From IMG/VR virus record IMGVR_UViG_3300020473_000011, positions 62,001 to 126,000 of that record: a stretch of 64,000 nt of DNA; one strand, written 5' to 3'. Every line of letters starts with the position of its first letter. The stretch's first letter is position 1. Below are positions 10,021-21,572 of this stretch, piece after piece. The notes under the pieces are model-generated. The model saw only the letters and a program-made list of their open reading frames with translations, made no database searches and had not been told where the DNA came from. The translations under genes and the position numbers were made by a program.

Positions 10021-10692
10021 TTATGTTGTAATTGGGAAATCCGATGCAACTTTGACCAAGGCATCGGGTAATGTCGTGTTACATAGCCCTGTCGTAAAGC
10101 CATAGTTTCTGGGCGTAATTGCCATGGGCTGTGCGACACTGCCGTAGCGTTCGTCATCAAGCTTAAAGTCAATAAATGCAGGCTGCGAGCCGTCGTAGTT
10201 TGCTTCTAACGTACCTTGCATAAAGTTCTTAACGGGTGCCATTGTCCAGACGTGATGAAGAGAACCCTCAACGTCACCTTCGGCTTCGCTGATCCAAAGC
10301 AGTGTTCCTCGGTTCTTGTGTGCTAGCTGGTCGGCCACTCCTGTCTTACCATTTATCTGCATCGAAAGAATGGAACCACTTAGGTCGCTGACATAGTAGA
10401 CATGCCCCAACTTCTCGGTGTTCCGTCTTGCCGATTGAGTGAAACCCCAGTGTCCATTCGAGACCTTAGCAGGCATCAATAGATTTGCGATATGACCTAC
10501 ATACGTCAGCTCATTGATGCGAGAGACGTCTAAAGCATCAGGCGACGCTTGCCATACGGGCTGGCCGTCGGCGGGTCTCACGAGCAGCGTATTAAGCACC
10601 ACGTCGGGGTCTTCATCAAAGACAAGTACCTTCGTCTCAACCGTCCTAAAGGCTGTATTAAGTCCAAACTCGGTTGGTACATACCAAAGCAT
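10021..10692 (-). CDS. hypothetical/structural protein
   Basis: AGGAG RBS, in operon. Confidence 0.65.
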   Translation of the reverse strand: MLWYVPTEFGLNTAFRTVETKVLVFDEDPDVVLNTLLVRPADGQPVWQASPDALDVSRINELTYVGHIANLLMPAKVSNGHWGFTQSARRNTEKLGHVYYVSDLSGSILSMQINGKTGVADQLAHKNRGTLLWISEAEGDVEGSLHHVWTMAPVKNFMQGTLEANYDGSQPAFIDFKLDDERYGSVAQPMAITPRNYGFTTGLCNTTLPDALVKVASDFPITT

Positions 10693-10723
10693 GTGTTCGT
10701 ACTCCTAGTTGATATAGGGAAAT

Positions 10724-10747
10724 AAAGGGGCATAAGCTGCCCCTTTT
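10724..10747. terminator. intrinsic terminator inside structural cluster
   Basis: AAAGGGGCA-TAAGC-TGCCCCTTTT hairpin. Confidence 0.7.
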
Positions 10748-10756
10748 AACTAAGGG

Positions 10757-11500
10757 TTAAGCAAAAGCGATGGCTTCTTTGTCAGCAATCTCTTGCAAAG
10801 ACTTACCAAAGCTTGGCATGGCGGCTAGGCGAGCTTCCATCGCGTCTCGCATGGTTGACCAGTCGTGGTACATGTTCATAAAAAACATGTTGATGTAGCC
10901 ATCAGCCAGTTGTACAACAGATTCACTCTTGTCAACAGCTGTTGAGGTTAAGCGTACGGGCTGGTTCGTCGTAGTATCACCAATACCTAATTGAAGATGC
11001 TTAATTTCCTCTGGAAGGGCTGCCACATCAAATGGCGCAGTACCATCCCAAAGCTCAACCTCCCACGTGCTTATATCGGCTGTCGACCGCGTAGCATGTG
11101 TATCAACAATAAGATACGCTTTTGTGGCGGTTCCCGTGTTTCGGATGTCCGCCGTAAACTGCTCAGCGGGTGTAAAACGGAAGGCTGGGACAGTCGGGCA
11201 CAAGTTGCGCAGTGCATCGAGGTCTGTGTGGTATGATTCTATGTTACCAGCGTCGTGACGGAAGTAGCGGCTTTGGATAGCAAACTCATCGTTATCCATG
11301 TAGGCCAGATCCCATTTTGTCATACCCACAAGGGACAGAAGAATATTATTCGCCTCATCGGTAACCACAAGCATTGCAGGCTTGTTTTCCAAGTAGCGCG
11401 TTGGCTCGTTTGCAGGGTCGGTTTGCAAGAAGGCAAGCTGAGTGTCTTGCGTTTGCTTTTCTGACATGTAACTAATAAGTGGGTGAATATATACAGCCAT
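10757..11500 (-). CDS. putative virion structural protein, paralog of 12383-13231
   Basis: GTATKAYLIVD / LGIGD / VRL pattern matches GEVDKVYVLID / LPVGT / VQL of 12383. Confidence 0.6.
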   Translation of the reverse strand: MAVYIHPLISYMSEKQTQDTQLAFLQTDPANEPTRYLENKPAMLVVTDEANNILLSLVGMTKWDLAYMDNDEFAIQSRYFRHDAGNIESYHTDLDALRNLCPTVPAFRFTPAEQFTADIRNTGTATKAYLIVDTHATRSTADISTWEVELWDGTAPFDVAALPEEIKHLQLGIGDTTTNQPVRLTSTAVDKSESVVQLADGYINMFFMNMYHDWSTMRDAMEARLAAMPSFGKSLQEIADKEAIAFA

Positions 11501-11512
11501 GACAAGGTCTCC

Positions 11513-12301
11513 TTAAACGATATTACATTTGATGCGCAGTGATACGGGTGCCACCTGATCAGTGATTTGGTCGTGCCCCTTTGATAGCTCTAAGTCGGCA
11601 CCCGAACCCACACCACCGACTGTCCCGATCACAATTGGCTGGCGGTCTACATAAGCCTCGGGGCGCATAATAGCTAATGTGGCTTGATACTCATTGTTTT
11701 GTGTCGGGTGGTCAATGACATGGTCTGATGCGTGTATGGCGCTTGGTGACCCCGTGATAGCGAACCATGTGGGTCTGTCCTCTACGAGCTGGCCAGCGGC
11801 GCTGTAAGCCTGTAGGTTGGAGAACTTTGAACTCTTATATAACCACGCAGCCTTACTGGCGCTGAATGACCAATCGAGCATCCACGACAAGTCACTATTT
11901 GGGTTGCGTGGCACGGGTGGGAAGGTTTCACTCGTAGCCGACACAGCACCCTCGTGCATCTCTGCGCCATTTGCGAGTGCTGACACCCCTACGGCATAAG
12001 AGTACGAATCGTCGTCACCACTCGTGGTCAGACGAAAGTAACCAATACGGCGTTCATCTAAAGGGAGCGGAGCAAGGTCACTTGTTAGTGTGTCGCCACG
12101 GTTGTCAAAATACATACCGTAGTAAAATTCCTCGGGTGACGGCATGCGGCCTGTAAATAAGTGGATGTGCCAACCACGAGAGGCATTTCCGTTAGTTTTT
12201 TGGTTGGTCGGCGCATAAAATGCAGGTGAACCCCAGCGCTGCGCAATCATTTGAAGCGCTTCGGCTGGTAAGAGTGTATTCATGTCGTAAGTGTCTGCCA
12301 T
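11513..12301 (-). CDS. putative virion structural protein (FTG..P / GTVG..GSGADL family)
   Basis: IHLFTGRMPSPEE, PTWFAI, GTVGGVGSGADLEL. Confidence 0.65.
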   Translation of the reverse strand: MADTYDMNTLLPAEALQMIAQRWGSPAFYAPTNQKTNGNASRGWHIHLFTGRMPSPEEFYYGMYFDNRGDTLTSDLAPLPLDERRIGYFRLTTSGDDDSYSYAVGVSALANGAEMHEGAVSATSETFPPVPRNPNSDLSWMLDWSFSASKAAWLYKSSKFSNLQAYSAAGQLVEDRPTWFAITGSPSAIHASDHVIDHPTQNNEYQATLAIMRPEAYVDRQPIVIGTVGGVGSGADLELSKGHDQITDQVAPVSLRIKCNIV

Positions 12302-12382
12302 GATATAACCTTGTAAGTTTTTCTAAAAGTGATTAGTAGGCACCAAGTGGCACCTACCGCAATTATGTCGGGTCACAAACTA

Positions 12383-13231
12383 CTAGCTGTGGTTAACGAT
12401 GTTGTAGCCACGTTCAGTAGCGAGCGCCGTCATAGCGTTCATCAACTCAGTCTCACTCTCGGGGGTCATAACAGGCATCACAACGCGTATTGCGTCCTGT
12501 ATAATCAATCGGCTTTCATTTTGCAGATTGGACTCTGATAATTGTACAACATCGTCACCCAACGTGCCTACAGGAAGTTGTAGCCAACGCACATCAAGCG
12601 AGGCATCGCCTTCCTTTATTTGCTCAGGTGTTGCGGTTGCAAGCAGCTGCGGGTCAGGTGCATTAGGCAAGCGCTGTTGTAGTGGGTCTTCGTCAATCAA
12701 TACATAAACTTTGTCGACTTCACCTGAGCCAACCAGTGTCGAATGATAGATAACCTCACCGCTATCGAGCACACCCGCAGGGTCAGGGATCACATCTATA
12801 ACCAGCGTCAGCTTAGGGGCTGATAAGACAAAGCCACCAGCACCACTGGCACTACCAACGTTCATATCAAGATAGGGTTGGCTGAATTTACCAGCGCCAA
12901 GCCCTCGCAAACGCCCAAAGTAGCGCAGAGTGTGCGGTGTTACCGCAGGGTCGCTGTCGCGGCCAACATGGCCATTTTGTATTGAGACAGAGACACGCGG
13001 TGTCATGAGAAGTTGGCCAGCTGCATCATAGGCCAGCAAGCGCCCATAACCAAGAGTGCTCGTTATCTCGGTGTTATTGTTAAAACCTAGGTTGCCATCG
13101 CCCTTACCTGCTAAGTAAGAGATATTGGTATTCAGTGTCAGGGTCTTTGCTTGCGACGCCTCACGTACGATGCGCTGAGATTCTTTATTCGCCTCTAGCG
13201 TATAGTGTTGAATGTACTTAGATTCACTCAT
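12383..13231 (-). CDS. putative virion structural protein
   Basis: paralogous segments with 10757-11500. Confidence 0.6.
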   Translation of the reverse strand: MSESKYIQHYTLEANKESQRIVREASQAKTLTLNTNISYLAGKGDGNLGFNNNTEITSTLGYGRLLAYDAAGQLLMTPRVSVSIQNGHVGRDSDPAVTPHTLRYFGRLRGLGAGKFSQPYLDMNVGSASGAGGFVLSAPKLTLVIDVIPDPAGVLDSGEVIYHSTLVGSGEVDKVYVLIDEDPLQQRLPNAPDPQLLATATPEQIKEGDASLDVRWLQLPVGTLGDDVVQLSESNLQNESRLIIQDAIRVVMPVMTPESETELMNAMTALATERGYNIVNHS

Positions 13232-13235
13232 GTGT

Positions 13236-14006
13236 TTAAGATCCTAATTTTGGTATATTGATACGGCCGATTTCGACCGAGCTTGGGTACATGAAAGTCT
13301 TACCCCTATAGGGGTCAAGAATGACCCATTGTTCTCCTAGCCATATATCGGCCTCCGACCCGTAGGTGCCTACCGTCAGTGGGATGCCACCACGAAAGTC
13401 AAAGAGAAGGTAGTCAGCGGGGTAGGATGCTGAATACAACCCTGTGACCTCGCCGTCACCAAACCAACTGCGCAGTCGTGGGTTAAATGCACTTTTACGA
13501 GCCAGTACTGCCCACTTGTAAGGTGCAACGACCCATGCGTTAGCGTCGTCGGTACCACAGCACGTGAACGGGCTGTCATAGCGTATACTTGTCTTGTGCA
13601 TCTTGACGTCAGAGGCAGGTACGAGGCACAGCGTCGAGCTGCCATCATGGCCACTAGACACACCGTTCAGCTGACTAATTTTCTCGAAGTCTTCTAACCA
13701 CTCAGCACTAAGCAGTGTTGCTGCGTCGGTAAACCCCATGAACTCAGTACCGTAATAGTAGCGCGACCATGTGCCCGTATTTTTTCGTTCCGAATAAGCA
13801 TTGGGCGCAATCGGAAGAGAAGCAGGGTCAATAAGCTGAACACCGTACTTACACTCTGTTTCTGATGGCGGCTCGGAGTACATGAAGAACAGTGCCAAGT
13901 CGTCATCAGCCAAGGCATCTTTAAGCCACTTTCGAAGAGACGTGTTAGGGCTTAGACTCGTTACGAAGTCCTGTGATACCCCAATTAGCTCGGCCACATT
14001 TGACAT
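13236..14006 (-). CDS. putative virion structural protein, duplicate of 14008-14778
   Basis: same length (256 aa), near-identical scaffold, TVGTYGSEAD motif. Confidence 0.7.
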   Translation of the reverse strand: MSNVAELIGVSQDFVTSLSPNTSLRKWLKDALADDDLALFFMYSEPPSETECKYGVQLIDPASLPIAPNAYSERKNTGTWSRYYYGTEFMGFTDAATLLSAEWLEDFEKISQLNGVSSGHDGSSTLCLVPASDVKMHKTSIRYDSPFTCCGTDDANAWVVAPYKWAVLARKSAFNPRLRSWFGDGEVTGLYSASYPADYLLFDFRGGIPLTVGTYGSEADIWLGEQWVILDPYRGKTFMYPSSVEIGRINIPKLGS

Positions 14007-14007
14007 A

Positions 14008-14778
14008 CTACGATCCTACTTTTGGTATATGTACGCGGCCTATTTCGACCGAACTTGGATAGACGTATGCACCACCTCTTGGGAATGACCGAAAATGGTC
14101 AAGGTGCTCACCCAGCCAGACGTCAGCCTCCGACCCGTAGGTGCCCACGGTTAGTGGGATGCCACCACGAAAGTCAAAGAGAAGGTAGTCAGCGGGGTAG
14201 TTCGTCCCTTTACTGTGCGGTTGTTCGCCGTCACCAAACCAGCTGCGCAGTCGCGGGTTAAATGCACTTTTACGAGCAAGAACCGCCCACTTAAAGGCAC
14301 CTCGTTTATTCGCGTTCGAGTAATAGGTTCCGCAGCGTGTGTAACTGTTGCTGTAGCGCACACCTGTCTTGTGCATCTTGACGTCAGCCGATGGCACGAG
14401 ACACATCGTCGAGCTGCCATCGTGTTCAAGGGACGCACCGTTCAGTTGATTAATTTTCTCGAAGTCTTCTAACCATTCAGCACTAAGCAGTGTTGCCGCG
14501 TCGTTAAATCCCATGTACTCAGTACCACTGTACCACGGGGAAAAGCGGCCACCCCTCCATGAGTGATAGGCATTTACAGGCAGTGGTAATGCTTTAGGGT
14601 CAATAAGCTGTACGCCATACTTACACTCAGTTTCTGATGGTGGGTCTGTGTACATAAAGAACAACGCTAAGTCATCATTAGCTAATGCCTCTTTAAGCCA
14701 CGTGCGAAGAGACGCTTTAGGGTTTAGACTCGTTAAAAAGTCTTGTGAAGCCCCAATAGGGGCTGCATTAAGTGACAT
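14008..14778 (-). CDS. putative virion structural protein, duplicate of 13236-14006
   Basis: as above. Confidence 0.7.
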   Translation of the reverse strand: MSLNAAPIGASQDFLTSLNPKASLRTWLKEALANDDLALFFMYTDPPSETECKYGVQLIDPKALPLPVNAYHSWRGGRFSPWYSGTEYMGFNDAATLLSAEWLEDFEKINQLNGASLEHDGSSTMCLVPSADVKMHKTGVRYSNSYTRCGTYYSNANKRGAFKWAVLARKSAFNPRLRSWFGDGEQPHSKGTNYPADYLLFDFRGGIPLTVGTYGSEADVWLGEHLDHFRSFPRGGAYVYPSSVEIGRVHIPKVGS

Positions 14779-14792
14779 AGGAATCTCGCTCT

Positions 14793-15488
14793 TTAGGTTG
14801 TGCTATAACTGACTTGTTTGAATTGGCCTCGGTAGACATCCCCGTCGGCTGGATAACGTTGGCTCTCACAAAAGAGCGCCGTTGCATCAAAGTTCATATC
14901 AGTGAACTCAAGCATGCTCGCCACGTTAGCAGGATCGACGACAAAGCGTATATCGGGATTTGGTGACCCCACCCAGCTTTCGGGTACATCGGGATCGCTC
15001 TTATAACGCGCTGCGATGCACACCCTCAAAATCGGATGTATCTCGTAGATGATGGACGTCGAGTTTGGATGCTGCCTACGGTAGGAAAACATTTCCCATG
15101 AACCTAACTTATACGTTGAGCTAGTGAACAGCGCATGCACTGTTGAGGTTGTAATCCACCCCATTAGGTCAATTGACAAGTTTGCACCCTCTCGTTTGAT
15201 AATATCAGTGAGTGGGTCGATGTGGCTTTGGTCAGCAAATGGGTCAAAGGCTTCCCGCACTTCTTCCATGGGGATAATGTGAAAATTAATGTACGACAAT
15301 TCCGTAAGTTTTACGGGCTTGCCATTGCGCAGGTCTTCATGATGTATCAGTGGCTTTGTCGAAATAAGGTCTATGTCACTCTTTGTACCAGCCATCAATC
15401 CTGTTCCCAAGTAACCTTGCTGGTATGAACGATCATAGGCAAACTGGTTGCCGACGCGTCGCATTAATTCTGGGCTGTAAACGGCCAT
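14793..15488 (-). CDS. hypothetical/structural protein
   Basis: AGGAG RBS, in operon. Confidence 0.65.
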   Translation of the reverse strand: MAVYSPELMRRVGNQFAYDRSYQQGYLGTGLMAGTKSDIDLISTKPLIHHEDLRNGKPVKLTELSYINFHIIPMEEVREAFDPFADQSHIDPLTDIIKREGANLSIDLMGWITTSTVHALFTSSTYKLGSWEMFSYRRQHPNSTSIIYEIHPILRVCIAARYKSDPDVPESWVGSPNPDIRFVVDPANVASMLEFTDMNFDATALFCESQRYPADGDVYRGQFKQVSYSTT

Positions 15489-15500
15489 AACGAGACTCCT

Positions 15501-16088
15501 TTAAAGTACAGGGCTATAAACGTTTAGAACAGGCAGCTCAGGGTCGGCCGTGGTCAGTGTCGCGTCGTGCACCACAATTTCGGCATTACTGTCAAAGATT
15601 GTCCCGATAGTGTGCATCACATAGATTGCACGCGAGGAATCGGCTGTACCTGACCACAGCGTTAAAGCCCATGTCACCGTCTGGTCACCCAACGTCGTGT
15701 GGTCAAACCCTTGTACAACGGTAGCCTGTTGTGGTTCACCAAAGAGTGCGACGGGCGCTGTGTAATTTGAAGTGACGCCGTCAATGTCATCATTCAGGTC
15801 ACTCGTTAACGTAATTGTTTGGTCATGGTTCGACCATGACATTGACTTTAGAAAATCAGGGCAGTAGCCCACGAGCTGGCCATTATAGCTTGATAGTTCA
15901 TCCGTTGGTGCCAACGGCGACCCCGTAGGATTTGTCCATTCAGCATCGAGTACACTTGTTAGCTGTGCAAGTGTTGGGGCTGCTCCCGTAAAGAAGTAGG
16001 TCGTTTGTGTCGCTATGTCGTCTGAGCGCTCAAACACATTTTTTAAGTAGGTCAATAAGCTTGTGCGATAGGCTTTTGAAAATTGCAT
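15501..16088 (-). CDS. putative virion structural protein (same family)
   Basis: YFFTGAAPT, VTWAL, HTIGT..AEIVV. Confidence 0.6.
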   Translation of the reverse strand: MQFSKAYRTSLLTYLKNVFERSDDIATQTTYFFTGAAPTLAQLTSVLDAEWTNPTGSPLAPTDELSSYNGQLVGYCPDFLKSMSWSNHDQTITLTSDLNDDIDGVTSNYTAPVALFGEPQQATVVQGFDHTTLGDQTVTWALTLWSGTADSSRAIYVMHTIGTIFDSNAEIVVHDATLTTADPELPVLNVYSPVL

Positions 16089-16145
16089 TTTAGAGTCTCC
16101 AAGAGGGCAATGCTGCCCTCGTTAAAAGAAAGGATTAAGGTCTTT

Positions 16146-18041
<1,896 letters not shown>

Positions 18042-18044
18042 GGA

Positions 18045-18896
18045 TTAAGCTCCTTGTAGCATAATAGGCGCAGTTTTCGTTTTGGGCATCACGTACTTTA
18101 AGCGATGGATCCGAATCTTTCGGGGAGCTTCGGTTTGGCCTGACTCAGCCCCTTTATGCAAAACTAAGTTTGCTGTTGGCTCTTCGTGAATATCACCGAC
18201 CGTCAGGAAATAGTTACTTTCTGGCCGTACGGCCATCGCTGACAGCTTAATAGACTTACCATCACGGCGCGTGAACTCTTTGGGCACAAACCCTGTTGCG
18301 TCATGCGATATAAAGGTCGTGTATGACGTTTGGTGACCCCATGGGTACATCAGCGCCCATGTCGGAGCCGCACCATTACCCAGCTGCTGTATTTCGTCTG
18401 AGGGTTCAGCACCGTAGCTAACAGCTGCAAAGATTTCATTCCTTTTAAACTTATGATGGCGTACGGCATAACCATCTGTATCAACAAAGTCATCAGGGTT
18501 AACAGGTCTAAACTTGTTGGCCATAACATCTAAGCCATTAGGTGCACGCCCTTCAAGCGCAAAGGGGCTTTCTGTCGCCAGCTCAACATAGTCAGTTGCC
18601 TTGATATTAAAAAGCCCGCAAACGTGGTCGGATGGGCGACTACCATTAAAGAAGTAGATACCGTTCTCAACTTCTTCGGCTGAGGGTCTACGACCCGTGA
18701 ACAAGCAGATTGAATAGTTTTGGTACCCTTCAACCATATTACGCGTAATACCTTCGCGTATGCCTGCTTCTAGTCGTTCTTGCGACCCGAGGCTCATGTG
18801 TTCGAGCGTTAATTTGGGGGTATTTGGTTCGAGTGCCATTGCGGCAACCTCCGTCGTTAAACATGTAGTTAAACATTGGGTTATTGGCTCAGACAC
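18045..18896 (-). CDS. putative virion structural protein (same family); start uncertain
   Basis: ICLFTGRRPSAEE, PTWAL, LTVGD..ANLVL. Confidence 0.6.
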   Translation of the reverse strand: MSEPITQCLTTCLTTEVAAMALEPNTPKLTLEHMSLGSQERLEAGIREGITRNMVEGYQNYSICLFTGRRPSAEEVENGIYFFNGSRPSDHVCGLFNIKATDYVELATESPFALEGRAPNGLDVMANKFRPVNPDDFVDTDGYAVRHHKFKRNEIFAAVSYGAEPSDEIQQLGNGAAPTWALMYPWGHQTSYTTFISHDATGFVPKEFTRRDGKSIKLSAMAVRPESNYFLTVGDIHEEPTANLVLHKGAESGQTEAPRKIRIHRLKYVMPKTKTAPIMLQGA

Positions 18897-18910
18897 AAAT
18901 CACTGATTAA

Positions 18911-18958
18911 TTGTACAAGGATTTGCAATAGGTAGCAACGCGAGGGTGTTGTACAACG
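18911..18958. promoter_or_regulatory. two box A sites upstream of structural operon
   Basis: TTGTACAA 18911-18918 and GTTGTACAACG 18948-18958. Confidence 0.55.
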
Positions 18959-19005
18959 CTATGACGTTTGCACTGCTTAGTTTCTGTATTTAATACTTAA
19001 AAAGC

Positions 19006-19034
19006 TTGCAGTGCAGGTCATTTCGAGACAGAAT
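19006..19034 (+). promoter_or_regulatory. promoter with box B over -35
   Basis: TTGCAGTGCAG 19006-19016; TTGCAG-17-CAGAAT. Confidence 0.55.
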
Positions 19035-19092
19035 GACGGCCTAAATCGAACGATACACCGATACGAAATACAGATATTAAGAGACTGACCTG

Positions 19093-19497
19093 ATGGACAA
19101 CCGATTATTGAACGTGAATGGCCGCACGAAAGAGCAGCTTACATTGGCGTTGGCACTGGCATTTAAAAGTGAGTACAACAAAGATGTAAAAGCCGTGGGC
19201 TGGCGCGTAACTAACGAACATGGCTTAATTTTGTTTGAGCACGCGCCTGAGAACCGAGAAGGCTACAATAGCTTCATTGTGCCCCACACACCTGAGCAGT
19301 GTGCCACCATGATATGGGATTGGGTCAACTCACCCGACGCGAAAAACATCGAGCTATCAGACTGGTGTGGCAATATCGACCATGATGGCCATAACCGATT
19401 AGGCTGGCAGGTCTATCTTGAAAACTGGGGCAAGGTGGCAGGCGAACAGTTTGTGATTTGCGCTGCAAAACCAGCCTACTGTTGGTACGGGAAGTAA
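19093..19497 (+). CDS. conserved phage-type hypothetical protein
   Basis: MDN start, DHDG..GWQVY..WG, WYGK end; GAGAC leader. Confidence 0.75.
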   Translation: MDNRLLNVNGRTKEQLTLALALAFKSEYNKDVKAVGWRVTNEHGLILFEHAPENREGYNSFIVPHTPEQCATMIWDWVNSPDAKNIELSDWCGNIDHDGHNRLGWQVYLENWGKVAGEQFVICAAKPAYCWYGK

Positions 19498-19499
19498 TC

Positions 19500-19931
19500 A
19501 TGAAAACGAAAGACATCACAAAACACACTGAGCTGCCCGCTAAGGGGTCTTTAGCTGATGGGGCACTAAAGGTATTCGCAGCCTTCTTAGAAGGCCATAT
19601 AATCAAAGCTGGTGGGTCTGACTACCGTTACGCACGCAAAGACGACGAGCTTTTCGAAGACGATGACCGAATCTACGTGGCGACCGAGTCAGGCTTCTTC
19701 CAGCGCTACGATAGTTTTAGTGGTGGCGAAACAAAACCAAGCAGTTTTCGCTGGCTCCGCGTGGCGAACTCAGTCGACAGCTTCCTGCATATCTTCGGCC
19801 TGATGAGCGAAGAAGAGGTCTTCGTCGCAATCGGCAATCGAGCACTGACCAACATCAATGTTGAGGCCGCTCGGACACGTCGTATGCAGACGTCGAGCGA
19901 GAACCGCGTTAACACACCACGCTCGCGATAA
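19500..19931 (+). CDS. hypothetical protein
   Basis: ATG 19500 (MKTKDIT) just after upstream stop. Confidence 0.7.
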   Translation: MKTKDITKHTELPAKGSLADGALKVFAAFLEGHIIKAGGSDYRYARKDDELFEDDDRIYVATESGFFQRYDSFSGGETKPSSFRWLRVANSVDSFLHIFGLMSEEEVFVAIGNRALTNINVEAARTRRMQTSSENRVNTPRSR

Positions 19932-19976
19932 AGAATACTGGGCACAGTTATATGCAACGTTAATTAACTCAAACCC

Positions 19977-20000
19977 AAGGGAGCCTCGTGCTCCCTTTTT
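19977..20000 (+). terminator. intrinsic terminator (GGGAG stem family)
   Basis: AAGGGAGC-CTCGT-GCTCCCTTTTT. Confidence 0.8.
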
Positions 20001-20070
20001 CATTGTACAATGACCTAAATCAATAAATTAACTAAATCTCGTTGACAATTTAGTTAATTGCAATCAAAAT
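20000..20070 (+). promoter_or_regulatory. XRE gene promoter: box A + 12 bp inverted-repeat operator around -35
   Basis: perfect TCATTGTACAATGA 20000-20013; AATTAACTAAAT 20026-20037 / ATTTAGTTAATT 20048-20059 flank TTGACA; CAAAAT 17 bp later. Confidence 0.7.
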
Positions 20071-20105
20071 ACACGCAATTGAAACAAAGATTACGAGTAG
20101 CCCCT

Positions 20106-21095
20106 ATGGCCGACAGTCGAGAATACATTGAACTGGCTTTAAAGCTTTTAAAATGTAACCAAAAAGAATTAGCAGCGAAGCTAGATGTCTCCCCTGCCCA
20201 AATCACAAAGTGGAAGCAAGGCGAGAAAATGTCCGACGAAATGCAGCGTCGCATCGTAGCACTTGTAGATCTCGACCCTAACGAGATAGACTCCACTGGC
20301 TTCCCTCACATAAAGCTCATGACAGGTAGCGAAGAGACTGCCACCTTGTGGTGCGCCGTGATTAATTACACAGCCACGCTCGTACATAATGAATCAAAGG
20401 ATTGGTATGTGTGCGATGATCTTATGAAGGATGGGTACACGCTGGCGCGTAAGGTGCTCGACGTCGTGTCATCAGTTGGCATAGACATCACGATAAAACC
20501 TGATGGCCATCTTTATCTTGCGGATGTTGAGCCAATAGAAGAAAACCTACCGCTCATCAACGAAAAATACCGCATGTTGATCGAGTTGGATTTCATCAGA
20601 CGACTGCTTAGGGCTTATGTTTGCGTGCATGCGTGGGTGAGTACATTTATAGAGCCGACACTAGACGAACTAGGTGACATCTACCCGCTTGGGAACAAAG
20701 TCATCACAGACGTTTATGAGAACCTAATGCGTGTCGCGCTATTGAAAATTGTCTATGATCCAAACGACGAGTATCGGCACATACTTGACATAGCAAAGGC
20801 GAGTGCGCAGAACCTTGTTGATTACGCCCATGTAATTAAGCGCTTCAAGAGACTGGTAGCAAGCACCTCGTTACCGTTTTTAGCTGAGTACGACGAACTG
20901 CTTGTAAGTTCATATCATACGCTACGGGAAGACCTGCTACACGTACGTGATTCACTCCCTGCTAGTGGCCACCCAGACATTTACCAAAATGAGCTGCTAC
21001 GAAAGACCCGCGAGAATAATGCCATGCTACGGCTCGTGTGCGAAAAGCTCGGGATCCGCGAGGGCGACGTCTATAACCAGCTTAATAGTTTATAG
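20106..21095 (+). CDS. XRE/Cro-C1 HTH transcriptional regulator with large C-terminal domain
   Basis: CNQKELAAKLDVSPAQITKWKQG helix-turn-helix at N-terminus. Confidence 0.8.
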   Translation: MADSREYIELALKLLKCNQKELAAKLDVSPAQITKWKQGEKMSDEMQRRIVALVDLDPNEIDSTGFPHIKLMTGSEETATLWCAVINYTATLVHNESKDWYVCDDLMKDGYTLARKVLDVVSSVGIDITIKPDGHLYLADVEPIEENLPLINEKYRMLIELDFIRRLLRAYVCVHAWVSTFIEPTLDELGDIYPLGNKVITDVYENLMRVALLKIVYDPNDEYRHILDIAKASAQNLVDYAHVIKRFKRLVASTSLPFLAEYDELLVSSYHTLREDLLHVRDSLPASGHPDIYQNELLRKTRENNAMLRLVCEKLGIREGDVYNQLNSL

Positions 21096-21098
21096 CGC

Positions 21099-21399
21099 CC
21101 CGCACAGGACAGTCGCACTGATAGCTTAGGTTATTGGTCTTCTGTCCTTTTTGCTTATTGGCCATGGGCGATTGGCCTCGCGCACGTGAGTGCTCCCTTA
21201 TGGTCATTACCCATCATCACTTCATCACTTCTTTGTATCTTACCCTCTTTGATGTACACCTACTTGCATGCTTATCTTCTTACATTATTAGCGAATGCAG
21301 CGCTTAATAATGCCGAAAAAATTTTTTTCGACCCTATTAAACAGAGTTTAACGGTTTGGCACCGCAGGTTTATTGGTGCGCCCGCACAGGACAGTCGCA
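21099..21399 (+). repeat. 19 bp direct repeat pair CCCGCACAGGACAGTCGCA
   Basis: identical copies at 21099-21117 and 21381-21399. Confidence 0.9.
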
Positions 21400-21425
21400 A
21401 CCCCGCCTGTCGAAAACTCGCATAC

Positions 21426-21564
21426 AAAATTGGGAGCCTGCTGCTCCCAATTTTTCCACATTACGTGATCGACCTAACGTGATCGACCTAGCGTGATCGA
21501 GGCCAGCCACCTGCCCCCAGCCTGCGTCAAAAAAGAATGGGAGCAGCAGGCTCCCATTCTTTTT
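21426..21564. terminator. two terminator hairpins with an identical 19 nt core in inverted orientation, flanking a 14 bp tandem repeat
   Basis: TGGGAGCCTGCTGCTCCCA (21431) and its reverse complement (21538); CGTGATCGACCTA repeats at 21464, 21478 and partial at 21492. Confidence 0.8.
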
Positions 21565-21572
21565 CCATTGAG

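Noticed and set aside
10007-10172. 150 bp overlap between ORFs 9366-10172 and 10021-10692
   Set aside because: Artefact of an upstream TTG; a GAGGA-preceded ATG at 10007 removes the overlap
13236-14778. Diversity-generating retroelement TR/VR pair
   Set aside because: Differences involve all four bases and indels rather than adenine-specific changes; both copies are intact genes; no reverse transcriptase in window
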